Of a DNA stretch of 45,401 nucleotides, positions 22,952 to 31,167 are shown piece after piece. The DNA lies in IMG/VR virus record IMGVR_UViG_3300045988_114473, one strand, 5' to 3'. The translations under genes and the position numbers were made by a program. Below the pieces are notes generated by a model that ran no database searches, had not been told where the DNA came from, and worked only from the letters and a program-made list of their open reading frames with translations. Each line of letters begins with the position of its first letter. Within the stretch, counting starts at the first letter, position 1. The DNA is from a virus.

Positions 22952-23491
22952 CGCCAATGCCGCTAAGGCTTCGGTCCGTTCGTCATCAGTCAAGTCAAGA
23001 TAATCGGATACGGCCTCCCTAGCCGCCTCCCCCTCACTATCGGCGTAGATTCCACCGATACAATCATCAGTCTTCCCGCAAAATCCGGTCGGCGATTCAA
23101 CGCGCACCCAATACACGCAGCCGGCGAAATACTGATTGAGCATTTCGATTTCGCCTTTTGCAAAATTGAACGCGTGTTCTTCCGGCACGTCCGCAGGTAC
23201 GATAATGACGCCGGCCGCGCCAGAGTCCCGTTCGCAAGAGAAAGGAGAAAGGGACAATGCAACGCCGCTATGCACATAAGCATAGACAATAAAGACGTGC
23301 GCGCCGGCGGCTTTTGCCGCCTTAGCTTCGGCCCTGATTTCCGGCCAATCTTTTGTTTCATCGCCTTCAAAATCGCGATTCGGAACGATTAAGAGACGTG
23401 TTTCGGCGCCGAACTCCCGGCGCGGATTTTCTGCGCATTCATCACAGTCAATGATGATTCGACGGCCTGATTTGAGGTTGATTGTCAGCAT
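22949..23491 (-). CDS. Hypothetical protein (180 aa)
   Basis: ORF containing VFIVYAYVHSGVALSLSPFSCERDSGAAGVIIV. This resembles a widespread phage/plasmid family of unknown function that I cannot name. Confidence 0.6.
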   Translation of the reverse strand: MLTINLKSGRRIIIDCDECAENPRREFGAETRLLIVPNRDFEGDETKDWPEIRAEAKAAKAAGAHVFIVYAYVHSGVALSLSPFSCERDSGAAGVIIVPADVPEEHAFNFAKGEIEMLNQYFAGCVYWVRVESPTGFCGKTDDCIGGIYADSEGEAAREAVSDYLDLTDDERTEALAALA

Positions 23492-23513
23492 ACTTTTTTC
23501 TTCTTTATATAGA

Positions 23514-23726
23514 TTAGCGAATCAGCTCGAATGCGATAGCCATAGCCATGAGTCGCACCATCAGTGCGACGATTGCACCGAGAATAACCACAACGAGCAC
23601 GGCGGCAATGTCGCCGGAAACAAACGCAATGAGCGCGCACGCGCATACGATCAGCAGAGCGCACACTATAAAGGCGATTGCGCCGATCGTTTCTATTTTC
23701 TCTGTCTTTGCGTTGCGTCCCGTCAT
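23514..23726 (-). CDS. Two-transmembrane membrane protein (70 aa), first gene of the leftward small-gene operon
   Basis: The internal ATG follows an AAGGAG Shine-Dalgarno. Hydrophobic stretches are IGAIAFIVCALLIVCACALIAFV and AAVLVVVILGAIVALMVRLMAMAIAF. Confidence 0.55.
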   Translation of the reverse strand: MTGRNAKTEKIETIGAIAFIVCALLIVCACALIAFVSGDIAAVLVVVILGAIVALMVRLMAMAIAFELIR

Positions 23727-23774
23727 TTTTAAGTCTCCTTCGCATGCGCCGGGGCGCTCGTTATTCATGGCTGA

Positions 23775-23804
23775 ATGATACCCGACTTTTTTGCAAATAT
23801 GCAA
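23775..23804 (-). promoter_or_regulatory. Candidate sigma70-type promoter for the leftward small-gene operon
   Basis: Minus strand TTGCAT, 18-nt spacer, TATCAT, about 45 nt upstream of the first ATG. Confidence 0.35.
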
Positions 23805-23957
23805 GCTTGAATACTTCTAAATGTTTCAGTTGTAACAAGATGTTTGTTAAGAAGTGTATCCAATGACACATTTAGAAACTTTCGAGTGTGGATATTTTAT
23901 GCGCGCGTGGATTTTTCTTCGCAGATACTCACTTCGACCACAGGTTTTCTCACTTCA

Positions 23958-24160
23958 ATACTCACTTCTAAGCCTTTGATTTTAAAGGAAAACCACAAAT
24001 ACCGCAGGTTTAACCCTGCCTACCTTTCTTTTTGCCCCGTTACATTTTATTTCTATTTATTTCTATTTATTTCTATCTCTTCTTTTTCTACCCAACATAG
24101 AAGAAAAAAGAAGAAGAAAGCGCGGTTTTCCTTTTAAATCAATGGATTATAAGTGAGTAT
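23958..24160. repeat. 37-bp imperfect inverted repeats flanking a 129-bp AT-rich core (candidate origin or MITE-like element)
   Basis: The arms are atactcacttctaagcctttgattttaaaggaaaacc (23958-23994) and ggttttccttttaaatcaatggattataagtgagtat (24124-24160). The core contains 3 perfect ttatttctat repeats (24047-24076) and a polypurine/polypyrimidine palindrome. Confidence 0.8.
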
Positions 24161-24193
24161 CGAAGCGAAGCCGAAGCGAAGCAAGCGAAGCAA

Positions 24194-24389
24194 GGCGGCC
24201 GGCGGCTTTATGCCGCCTAAAGGGGCGCAACGGGACCTAGTGACGCGGCCGGCGCACTGGGGGCGTAAAGGTTTTAGCACGGCGGCCGGCTGCTTTGTGC
24301 CGCCTGAAAAGGGCACAACGGTTTTAGCGGCGCGGCCGGCGCGGCCGGCGCGGCTGGCGCGGCTGGCGCACTGGGGGCGTAAAGGTTTA
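24194..24389. repeat. GC-rich direct repeats, including a 9-bp tandem array
   Basis: ggcggccggc(g/t)gcttt(a/g)tgccgcct occurs at 24194 and 24281. gcggc(c/t)ggcgcactgggggcgtaaaggttt occurs at 24245 and 24359. gcgcggc(c/t)g x4 occurs at 24330-24365. Confidence 0.85.
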
Positions 24390-24777
24390 CCCTCGCGTTT
24401 TATTCAACATAATGGGAGTTATGTTGAGTAGTGCGCCGGGGCGCGATACCTCCCCACGGGATCATGGCATGATCCTTTGAAGTGCGCAGATGCGAGCGAT
24501 TCTCATTCTACGTCGAGGCCCCCACCCCCAAAAACCGGCTCAGCCGCGCGCGCAGAAGGGGGTGAATAATTTTTCCCATTTTGGCACTTTATCCAACCAT
24601 GAATAAAAACGAGGAAGCACTTTTTTAAGCGTGGCGCGCAAAGCACCAAGAAGTCAAAGATCAAAAAAGGGGGCACCGTGCGAAAAAAAATTCGGGGCAA
24701 AAGTAAATTTTATCCACGCGCGAATAGCAGGCAGGCGTAGTAGAATTGGCCCCAAACGAGATACGTTGGGAGCAAGT

Positions 24778-25245
24778 ATGAAGCTGATAGAGCAAAGAAA
24801 AATTCTTGTGGAGCGGATAGCGGCGGGCGATACGCAGGAAGCCGCCCTGATCGCGGCCGGGTTCACGCCGGATACGGTTGCCGCGCGCATGGCGCTCGAC
24901 TATTTGAAGACCTCGGACGGGACGATTGCGCTCAAGCGCGCCATGATAACTAACCACCTCGGCATTGCGGAGCAGGCCGAGCGAACGGACGCGGACGTGT
25001 TAAGCGACCTGCGCATGGTGTACGGGATGTCGATTGACACGGGAGATTTGAAGACGGCCGTCAAGTGCATTGAGCTTGAGGGACGGACGCGAGGGATGTT
25101 TAAAGAAAAGGTTGAGGTCTCCGGCAAGGTCGATATTGTCAACATCATCGCGGCGGCCAGAAAGCGCGTGGCCTTGGACAACAAGCCCTCGGACGTGATC
25201 GACGTGGACGCCAAGGAGAAGGAAGAGGCCGAGATCTGGATGTAA
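24778..25245 (+). CDS. terS: Terminase small subunit (putative)
   Basis: Internal ATG after a GGGAG Shine-Dalgarno. The N-terminal HTH-like GDTQEAALIAAGFTPDTVAARMALDYL is typical of TerS. It lies upstream of terL. Confidence 0.65.
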   Translation: MKLIEQRKILVERIAAGDTQEAALIAAGFTPDTVAARMALDYLKTSDGTIALKRAMITNHLGIAEQAERTDADVLSDLRMVYGMSIDTGDLKTAVKCIELEGRTRGMFKEKVEVSGKVDIVNIIAAARKRVALDNKPSDVIDVDAKEKEEAEIWM

Positions 25246-25566
25246 TAAAAAGCAACCCCGCACTTGCCTCGCTCAAGTACGGGGTTGCAGACCGCCTTTC
25301 ATTTGTCTACTGCGTTGTGTTCAGCAGACGAAGTCATTATAGCGCATAAAAAGAAACTCCGCACTTGATTCCCTAAAGTACGGGGTTTTATACGAGACAA
25401 GCCTGTTAATCCCATGTCCTACAGGCACACGCAGTATAGCACGCAAAAAGAGACCCCGCACTCGCTTCGCTCAAGTACGGGGCCTCAACTCTCAGGCGCA
25501 TGTCCGAACGGAAAGGTATCGAACCGCCCGGACACGCATATAATACACGCAAGGAGTGGCTTTGAC
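25246..25566 (-). repeat. Three tandem units of about 100 bp, each with a conserved 10-bp-stem hairpin plus T-tract on the minus strand
   Basis: Minus strand CCCCGTACTT-n9-AAGTGCGGGG followed by TTGCTTTTTA, TTTCTTTTTA or TCTCTTTTTG (plus-strand hairpins at 25256-25284, 25356-25384 and 25455-25483). TATAAT-like boxes lie upstream of each on the minus strand. Confidence 0.8.
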
Positions 25567-27174
25567 ATGAGTAATAACCCTGAATTTGAATTGGCCGAGC
25601 TTGTCGGGCGCTATGCGATGGACCCGCTCGGCTTTGCGATGATGGCGTTCCCGTGGGGAACGGACCCCCGCTACTCGCTTGTTAAGCTCAAGGAGCCTTG
25701 GGCGACGCGGTACAACTCGGAGTACGGTCCCGATGAATGGACGTGCCGGATGCTCGACGACGTAGCCGAGGGGATTAGAGAGCGCAACTTCGACGGTACG
25801 AACGCGGTCGATCCGATCCGAGTGGCGGTTGCCTCAGGTCATGGCGTAGGAAAGTCCCATACAACGGGACTTTTGCTATGGTGGCTGTTGTCGTGTCATC
25901 CGTTCTGCAAGGGGACGGTGACGGCCAACACGATGGGTCAGCTGGAGACGAAGACGTGGGCGCAGTTCGCCTCGATGAAGGAAGCCTGCATCACGGGGCA
26001 TTGGTTCGACATCACGATGGCGAAGAACTCGATGAAGGCGTACCACAAAGAATACAAGGAATCGTGGTTCGTGTCTGCGCAGACCTCCAAGGAAGAGAAC
26101 TCGGAAGCCTTTGCCGGGCAGCACGCGGCCAATTCCACGTCGTTCTACATCTTTGACGAAGCCTCGGGTATTCCGGACAAGATTTGGGAAGTGGCCGAAG
26201 GCGGTCTGACCGACGGCGAGCCGATGATGTTTGCGTTCGGCAACCCCACGCGAAACGTCGGGATGTTCTACAATTGCTTCCATCGAGACCGCGCGCGTTG
26301 GCTCACCTACAAGGTCGACAGTCGGGAGGCGCAGCTCACCAACAAGAAGAACATCGAGGAGTGGCGTCAGACCTACGGCGAGGACAGCGACTTCTTCAAA
26401 GTCCGTGTGTTGGGCGAGTTCCCGTCCGTGTCCACGGCGCAGTTGATCCCGACCGACGCGGTGGACGCGGCCATGTCGCGCGAGAAGCCCGGTATCAACA
26501 CGCAGACCTTCACTCAGGCCATCGTTGGGCTTGACGTGGCGCGCTTCGGCGACGACGCGACGGTGCTGTGTACCCGCGCAGGACGGGACTGTGCAACGGT
26601 GCAGTGGGTGACGCTTCGAGGGGCCGACGGTCGTCAGGTCGGCGAGCGTGCGCACGCTCACGCACAGATGCTGCTCGATGACTACGGCTTTGGGCAGGTG
26701 CGCATCAACTTCGACCGGGCGGGCATCGGCGCTTCTGTCTGGGAGTATTTCCGCTACAACAACATGGATCCGCGCATCAAGGTCAACGCCGTTGACTTCG
26801 GCTCCGGCTCTCGGTGGCCGATGCGCTACCTCAACAAGCGCGCGGAGATGTGGTGCTTGATGAAGGATTGGCTTGTGAAGGAAGAGGGCGTGCTGCCCCG
26901 AGACGAGGAGCTTAAGGAACAGCTCATCGCCCCTGAGTATATGTTTACGCCGACCAAGAATCAGATTCAGCTCGAAGCGAAGAAGGACATAAAGAAGCGC
27001 TTGGGCGTGTCGCCCGACAGGGCGGACGCGCTTGCGCTAACATTCGCCGAGCCCGCCGCAGAGATCAGCGGCAAGGTGTTGGAGGCGCGCAGCAAGGCTA
27101 TTCGTGCTTCCCGAGACCAAGACCCGTTCAAGGGTTTGCAGAGACGAGACCCGTTTACAGGGAGAATGCGATGA
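25567..27174 (+). CDS. terL: Terminase large subunit
   Basis: AAGGAG Shine-Dalgarno and Walker A VASGHGVGKSHT. The Walker B/nuclease region is consistent with TerL. The upstream part of the 25414 ORF is translated repeat DNA. Confidence 0.9.
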   Translation: MSNNPEFELAELVGRYAMDPLGFAMMAFPWGTDPRYSLVKLKEPWATRYNSEYGPDEWTCRMLDDVAEGIRERNFDGTNAVDPIRVAVASGHGVGKSHTTGLLLWWLLSCHPFCKGTVTANTMGQLETKTWAQFASMKEACITGHWFDITMAKNSMKAYHKEYKESWFVSAQTSKEENSEAFAGQHAANSTSFYIFDEASGIPDKIWEVAEGGLTDGEPMMFAFGNPTRNVGMFYNCFHRDRARWLTYKVDSREAQLTNKKNIEEWRQTYGEDSDFFKVRVLGEFPSVSTAQLIPTDAVDAAMSREKPGINTQTFTQAIVGLDVARFGDDATVLCTRAGRDCATVQWVTLRGADGRQVGERAHAHAQMLLDDYGFGQVRINFDRAGIGASVWEYFRYNNMDPRIKVNAVDFGSGSRWPMRYLNKRAEMWCLMKDWLVKEEGVLPRDEELKEQLIAPEYMFTPTKNQIQLEAKKDIKKRLGVSPDRADALALTFAEPAAEISGKVLEARSKAIRASRDQDPFKGLQRRDPFTGRMR

Positions 27175-27656
27175 TTTTCAAAACGAGAGACCACGAATAT
27201 TCGTTTAAGCGCGTCAGCTTTTCTGATATGTCGGCGTATAAGGAGTTTGAGCCGCTAATCACGGCTTACCGATCCGAGGTCGGAAATAAGGACTATCTCG
27301 ACGGCGTTCTGTCTCGGGATACGTACGTCGCGCTCGATGAAGCGGACAAGATGCGCTTTTATGCGATCCTTGAAGACGATGAAAAGCTCGTGGGCGTCGT
27401 GACGCTCATGTTCAACAACGTGCTGCACTCCACGATGCTGTCGGCGACGATCGAGAGCTTCTACCTGTCTCTGGAAGCGCGAAAAGGCGGCTTGGCGCGT
27501 TGGGTTCTTGAAGAGTTAAAGGGCGCGGCCAAGGAAAAGGGAGCGCCCGGCTTTTTGGTAACTGCTCCGAAAGGGTCTCGTATGGATCGTTGGATGCTGG
27601 CGCTCGGAATGTTGCCCGCGTACGTGGGCTACTACGTCTCGGGGGCTTCGGAATGA
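27171..27656 (+). CDS. GNAT-family N-acetyltransferase (putative)
   Basis: ATGA overlap with terL. It has a GNAT motif-A-like SLEARKGGLARWVLEELKGAAKEKG. Confidence 0.65.
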   Translation: MIFKTRDHEYSFKRVSFSDMSAYKEFEPLITAYRSEVGNKDYLDGVLSRDTYVALDEADKMRFYAILEDDEKLVGVVTLMFNNVLHSTMLSATIESFYLSLEARKGGLARWVLEELKGAAKEKGAPGFLVTAPKGSRMDRWMLALGMLPAYVGYYVSGASE

Positions 27657-28093
27657 TGGACGTTGCCAATCACATCGAGAGTACGCCCGCTACTTGCGTT
27701 GCGCGTATCCGAGAGGCGGTGAAGGCGCTGAAGGCGCAGTACGGGAAAGAGGATGCGAAGTTTGCCGACGCGAGCGGCCTCATTGAGCTTAAGCATGACT
27801 TCCACGCGGGCGTGTACGCAAGAACGCTCAAGGCACCTGCGGGCGTTATTTTAGCCAACGCGCTTATTAGGGTTCCTACTATCCTTATAGTGTCCGGTGA
27901 TTGCACGATAACAGACACGAACGCAAGTATTAGGGTTAGTGGGTATAATGTGTTGCTAGGTGCAAAAAATCGTATGTGCATGGTTAAAACGCACAGCGAG
28001 ACCTACTTCACGATGATATACGCAACGAATGCGAAAACAGTGGAAGAGGCGGAGGCTGAGTTCGCCGATCCACAGGATGAACTCCAACACTGA
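27653..28093 (+). CDS. Hypothetical beta-rich protein
   Basis: ATGA overlap with the GNAT gene. 146 aa with no recognised motif. Confidence 0.6.
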   Translation: MMDVANHIESTPATCVARIREAVKALKAQYGKEDAKFADASGLIELKHDFHAGVYARTLKAPAGVILANALIRVPTILIVSGDCTITDTNASIRVSGYNVLLGAKNRMCMVKTHSETYFTMIYATNAKTVEEAEAEFADPQDELQH

Positions 28094-28102
28094 GGGATAA
28101 GG

Positions 28103-28384
28103 ATGAGTGGATATGTCGCAGCGGCGGTAGCCATTGCCGGGTCGGCCGCAAGCATCTATCAGCAGAACAAGGCGTCTAAGCAGGCTGCAGCTGAGTCCAG
28201 GCGCCAACAGCAGGCCGCGGAACAGGCGCGCTTGCAGCAGGAACAGGATTTTAACCGCCAGAACCAAAACACGGCTGACATCAGCTCGCTTCTGCAGAGC
28301 AACACGCCGTCGGGCCCGGCGGGCCTTACGGGCGGTACGTATAAGCCGGGACAGCTTGGCTCAGGCGGTATGCTTGGCCGCTAA
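28103..28384 (+). CDS. Hypothetical Gln-rich small protein
   Basis: 93-aa ORF with a Shine-Dalgarno, an N-terminal hydrophobic segment and a Q-rich helix. Confidence 0.55.
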   Translation: MSGYVAAAVAIAGSAASIYQQNKASKQAAAESRRQQQAAEQARLQQEQDFNRQNQNTADISSLLQSNTPSGPAGLTGGTYKPGQLGSGGMLGR

Positions 28385-28394
28385 GGAGCGTTGA

Positions 28395-30056
28395 ATGGCA
28401 GTCAACGTACAAAAACTCCGTGAGCGGTTTCGCGCACTTCAGGAGGAGCGCAATCCGTTTGAGGCGGTGTACAAACACTTGGTGGACTACATTCTGCCGA
28501 CGGCGGGGCGTTTCGACAACTCGGCGTCCCGCCCGGACACGGATATGTACGACCTCATTTTTGACGCCACGGCAACGGACGCCGTGGGCGTGTTGGCCGC
28601 AGGTATGCTCTCCGGCATGACCTCGCCTGCCCGCCCTTGGTTCCGCTTGACGACGGGGGACCGTAAGCTCGACGAACGTGCGGACGTGAAGCGTTGGCTT
28701 GCGGACAGCACCGAGGCCATGCAGCGTGTGTTCCTGCAGTCCAACGTCTATCAGGCGTTGGAGCAGTGCTATCGAGAACTCGGTGTGTTCGGCACGGCCT
28801 GCATGGTCGCGCTCCCGTCAAAGCGCGATGTGATCCACCTGCACTTTATGACCGTGGGCGAGTATTGGATCGCAGAGGACTACGAGCAGCGCGTAAACAC
28901 GCTGTTCCGTCGATTCAACATGACGGCGGAACAGATGGTCACTGAGTTCGGAGAGGACAAGGTGTCGCCCACCGTTCGTGAAGCGTACAACACGCCGCGC
29001 AATCGGTATAAGCAGTTCTCCGTCATCCACGCCATCTATCCGCGTGATGATTACATCAAGGGCAGCATCCTCAATACGGAAATGCCGTATGCGTCCGTGT
29101 ACTTCGAGGAAACGACGAAGGACATCGACGGTTCGGACAGTATTCTGCTTGAAGAAGGATTCCGCCATTTCCCCGGCCTGTGCCCGAGATGGGAACTTCA
29201 TGGCGGCAACACCTACGGCACGTCGCCCGGCATGAAGGCGCTGCGACCCGTCATGGGTCTTCAGGTCGAAGTAAAGCGTAAGGGTCAGGGCATCGACTAT
29301 CAGACGAACCCGCCGATGCTCTATCCGGATACGATGGAGGACCGTCAGAGCGATTTTGCGCCGGGCGGAATTTCGTACTATGCCGCAGGCACTACGCCGC
29401 AGCAGGCTGTTCCGGCTGTGCAGGCAACCATGAATCTGCAGTATCTTACAGCAGACATCGCGGAGGTGCAGCGCCGTATCGACAGCTTCTTTTACAAGGA
29501 CCTGTTCACGGCGATCATGTCCACGCCGCGCACGAACCGCACCGCCTACGAGGTCGATCAGATTGCGCAGGAGCGCATGGCGCTTCTGGGCCCCGTGCTT
29601 CAGCGCCTGAATGCGGAGTTGCTTGATCCGCTGATCGCTGCTACCTATGACTGCATGGTGGAAGCCGGTCTTATAGACCCCGCTCCGCAGGGTGTCGAAG
29701 GCATTTCCGTCACGTTTGAGTCTATTCTCGTGCAGGCGCTTCGTTCTGCGGGCATCACGGCGGAGGACCGATTCCTCACAACCGTGCAGGCTTTGGCGGC
29801 GCTTGACCCCACTGTCGTGGACAACGTGGATTTCGACGTTGTGATCCAGAACCGAGGAACGGACCAAGGCGTTGATCCGCGCATCATGCGTTCTCCTGAC
29901 GAGGTAGCCAAGATCAGAGAATCGCGTATGCAGGCACAGCAACAGCAGGCGCAGATGGCGCAGGCGCAGCAGATGGCGGACGTCGCCGGAACACTTGCCA
30001 AGGTAAACCCCGACATCACGCGGGCTACCGACATCACTGCTTTGCAGGGCTATTAA
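28395..30056 (+). CDS. Portal (head-to-tail connector) protein, podovirus T7-type
   Basis: AAGGAG Shine-Dalgarno. The N-terminal pattern NPFEAVYKHLVDYILPTAGRF...IFDATATDAVGVLAAGMLSGMTSPARPWFRL is typical of the T7 gp8-like connector family. Confidence 0.85.
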   Translation: MAVNVQKLRERFRALQEERNPFEAVYKHLVDYILPTAGRFDNSASRPDTDMYDLIFDATATDAVGVLAAGMLSGMTSPARPWFRLTTGDRKLDERADVKRWLADSTEAMQRVFLQSNVYQALEQCYRELGVFGTACMVALPSKRDVIHLHFMTVGEYWIAEDYEQRVNTLFRRFNMTAEQMVTEFGEDKVSPTVREAYNTPRNRYKQFSVIHAIYPRDDYIKGSILNTEMPYASVYFEETTKDIDGSDSILLEEGFRHFPGLCPRWELHGGNTYGTSPGMKALRPVMGLQVEVKRKGQGIDYQTNPPMLYPDTMEDRQSDFAPGGISYYAAGTTPQQAVPAVQATMNLQYLTADIAEVQRRIDSFFYKDLFTAIMSTPRTNRTAYEVDQIAQERMALLGPVLQRLNAELLDPLIAATYDCMVEAGLIDPAPQGVEGISVTFESILVQALRSAGITAEDRFLTTVQALAALDPTVVDNVDFDVVIQNRGTDQGVDPRIMRSPDEVAKIRESRMQAQQQQAQMAQAQQMADVAGTLAKVNPDITRATDITALQGY

Positions 30057-30089
30057 GGGGAAACCCTACACATTTGTTAAAAATGGGGT

Positions 30090-30425
30090 ATGATTACGGC
30101 AATGGATAAGGAAAACCCTTACGATCTTCGCGCCGAACTGCGGAGAGAGAAACAAAAGAAGGCGGAGGACGACCGTAAGCGGGCTGAGTTTGAACTTGCG
30201 CTCGGTGCGGTGATGGCCTCTGCTGACGGGCAAAAGGTGTTGCGCGAGATTCTTCGCCGCACTCACATTTTTGCGATCTCGCTCATGGCAGGGAACTCGG
30301 ACATTACGGCGTTCCGAGAAGGGGAGCGAAACGTGGGGTTGTCTTTGTTGGGCGACATGAACGCAGTTTCGCCCGAAAAACTCGGCGCGATTATGCGCGA
30401 GGAAATTAAGGAGCACAAGAAATGA
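30090..30425 (+). CDS. Bbp19-like small head-module protein (putative)
   Basis: 111 aa between portal and scaffold. The G.KVL.EIL......F......GNSDITAFREGERNVGL pattern is recalled from the Bbp19 family. Confidence 0.5.
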   Translation: MITAMDKENPYDLRAELRREKQKKAEDDRKRAEFELALGAVMASADGQKVLREILRRTHIFAISLMAGNSDITAFREGERNVGLSLLGDMNAVSPEKLGAIMREEIKEHKK

Positions 30426-31156
30426 CAGATCCGGTAGGCACGATTACGGAAGGAACAGGGACCGAGCCCGCTGCGGGAACGGCGCCCGCTCCCGCTGCAA
30501 CCGCAGCGGGCACCGGTACTGAGCCGCAGACCACGGCGACCGATCCGCAGACCTCAACTGTGGAGCCGTCACAGGAGGGCGGTGATTCGGCGGGGGAGTC
30601 CGACAAGCAGAGTACCGACAAGGGCGCAGGGCACAAGGGTTTACTCGTAGCGGAAGACGAGTCTAAGCCGGAAGGCGATGAGCTCGGGACGCTTGGCGCT
30701 CCGGAAGGGGACTACGAAGTAAAAGCCCCCGAGGGCGGCGTTCTCGATCCTACTGTAATGGGTGAGCTCGGTGCGGTAGCCAGGGAGCTTAACCTGTCTC
30801 CGGCCGCGGTTCAAAAGCTCGTAGATAGGGTCGCTCCTGTATGGCAGAAGCAGGGCTTGGCTCATGTTGAGAAGTTCCGCAAGGAGTGGACCGAACAGAG
30901 CTTGGCCGATAAAGAATTTGGCGGCAATGGTTTTGACGCCAATATTAAGGCCGTGAACAAGGCGTATACCAAGTTCACGACTCCAGAACTCCGCACTCTT
31001 CTCGAAGAGAGCGGTTTGAATTGTCACCCGGAAGTCATCCGACATTTCTACCGTCTTTCCAAAGCAACGGAAGACGGCCGATATATCAAGGGTACGGGCA
31101 ACGGGAGCATACCTTCCGGTGACATCCGCAACTTCTACAAGGGTATGAACCCTTAA
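30422..31156 (+). CDS. Scaffolding protein (putative)
   Basis: It lies directly upstream of the capsid gene, has a low-complexity acidic/Ala-Thr-rich N-terminus, and its start overlaps the upstream stop (ATGA). Confidence 0.65.
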   Translation: MTDPVGTITEGTGTEPAAGTAPAPAATAAGTGTEPQTTATDPQTSTVEPSQEGGDSAGESDKQSTDKGAGHKGLLVAEDESKPEGDELGTLGAPEGDYEVKAPEGGVLDPTVMGELGAVARELNLSPAAVQKLVDRVAPVWQKQGLAHVEKFRKEWTEQSLADKEFGGNGFDANIKAVNKAYTKFTTPELRTLLEESGLNCHPEVIRHFYRLSKATEDGRYIKGTGNGSIPSGDIRNFYKGMNP

Positions 31157-31167
31157 GGGAAAAATAA

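Noticed and set aside
23844-24137. A 97-codon ORF across the AT-rich inverted-repeat-flanked element.
   Set aside because: It is a low-complexity translation of tandem AT-rich repeats (FYFYLFLFISISSF) with no Shine-Dalgarno, in a region better explained as cis-acting DNA.
24153-24431. A 92-codon GTG-initiated ORF spanning the GC-rich repeats, with protein-level repeats ...HWGRKG... and ARPARPARLARLA.
   Set aside because: It has no Shine-Dalgarno, a non-ATG start and extreme composition driven by the 9-bp DNA repeat. I kept it only as a caveat, because both repeat periods (87 and 114 nt) happen to be multiples of three.
25511-25535. A tRNA-like T-arm (ggttcgatacc on the minus strand).
   Set aside because: There is no complementary T-stem, acceptor stem or anticodon arm around it. 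No other tRNA-like sequence was noticed in the window.
25246-25566. Possible CRISPR mini-array (three palindromic repeats with unique spacers).
   Set aside because: The repeats differ from each other at several positions. The unit period is about 100 nt with spacers of about 60-70 nt. T-tracts follow each hairpin, there are no cas genes, and there is no leader. A terminator or sRNA-like reading fits better.
25414-25566. An N-terminal extension of terL (the track ORF starts at 25414). Analogous extensions exist for the primase (18208), dut (7670), the HTH genes (6512, 18035) and terS (24631).
   Set aside because: The extensions translate repeat or intergenic DNA or overlap upstream genes. In each case an internal ATG has a good Shine-Dalgarno or a stop-start overlap.
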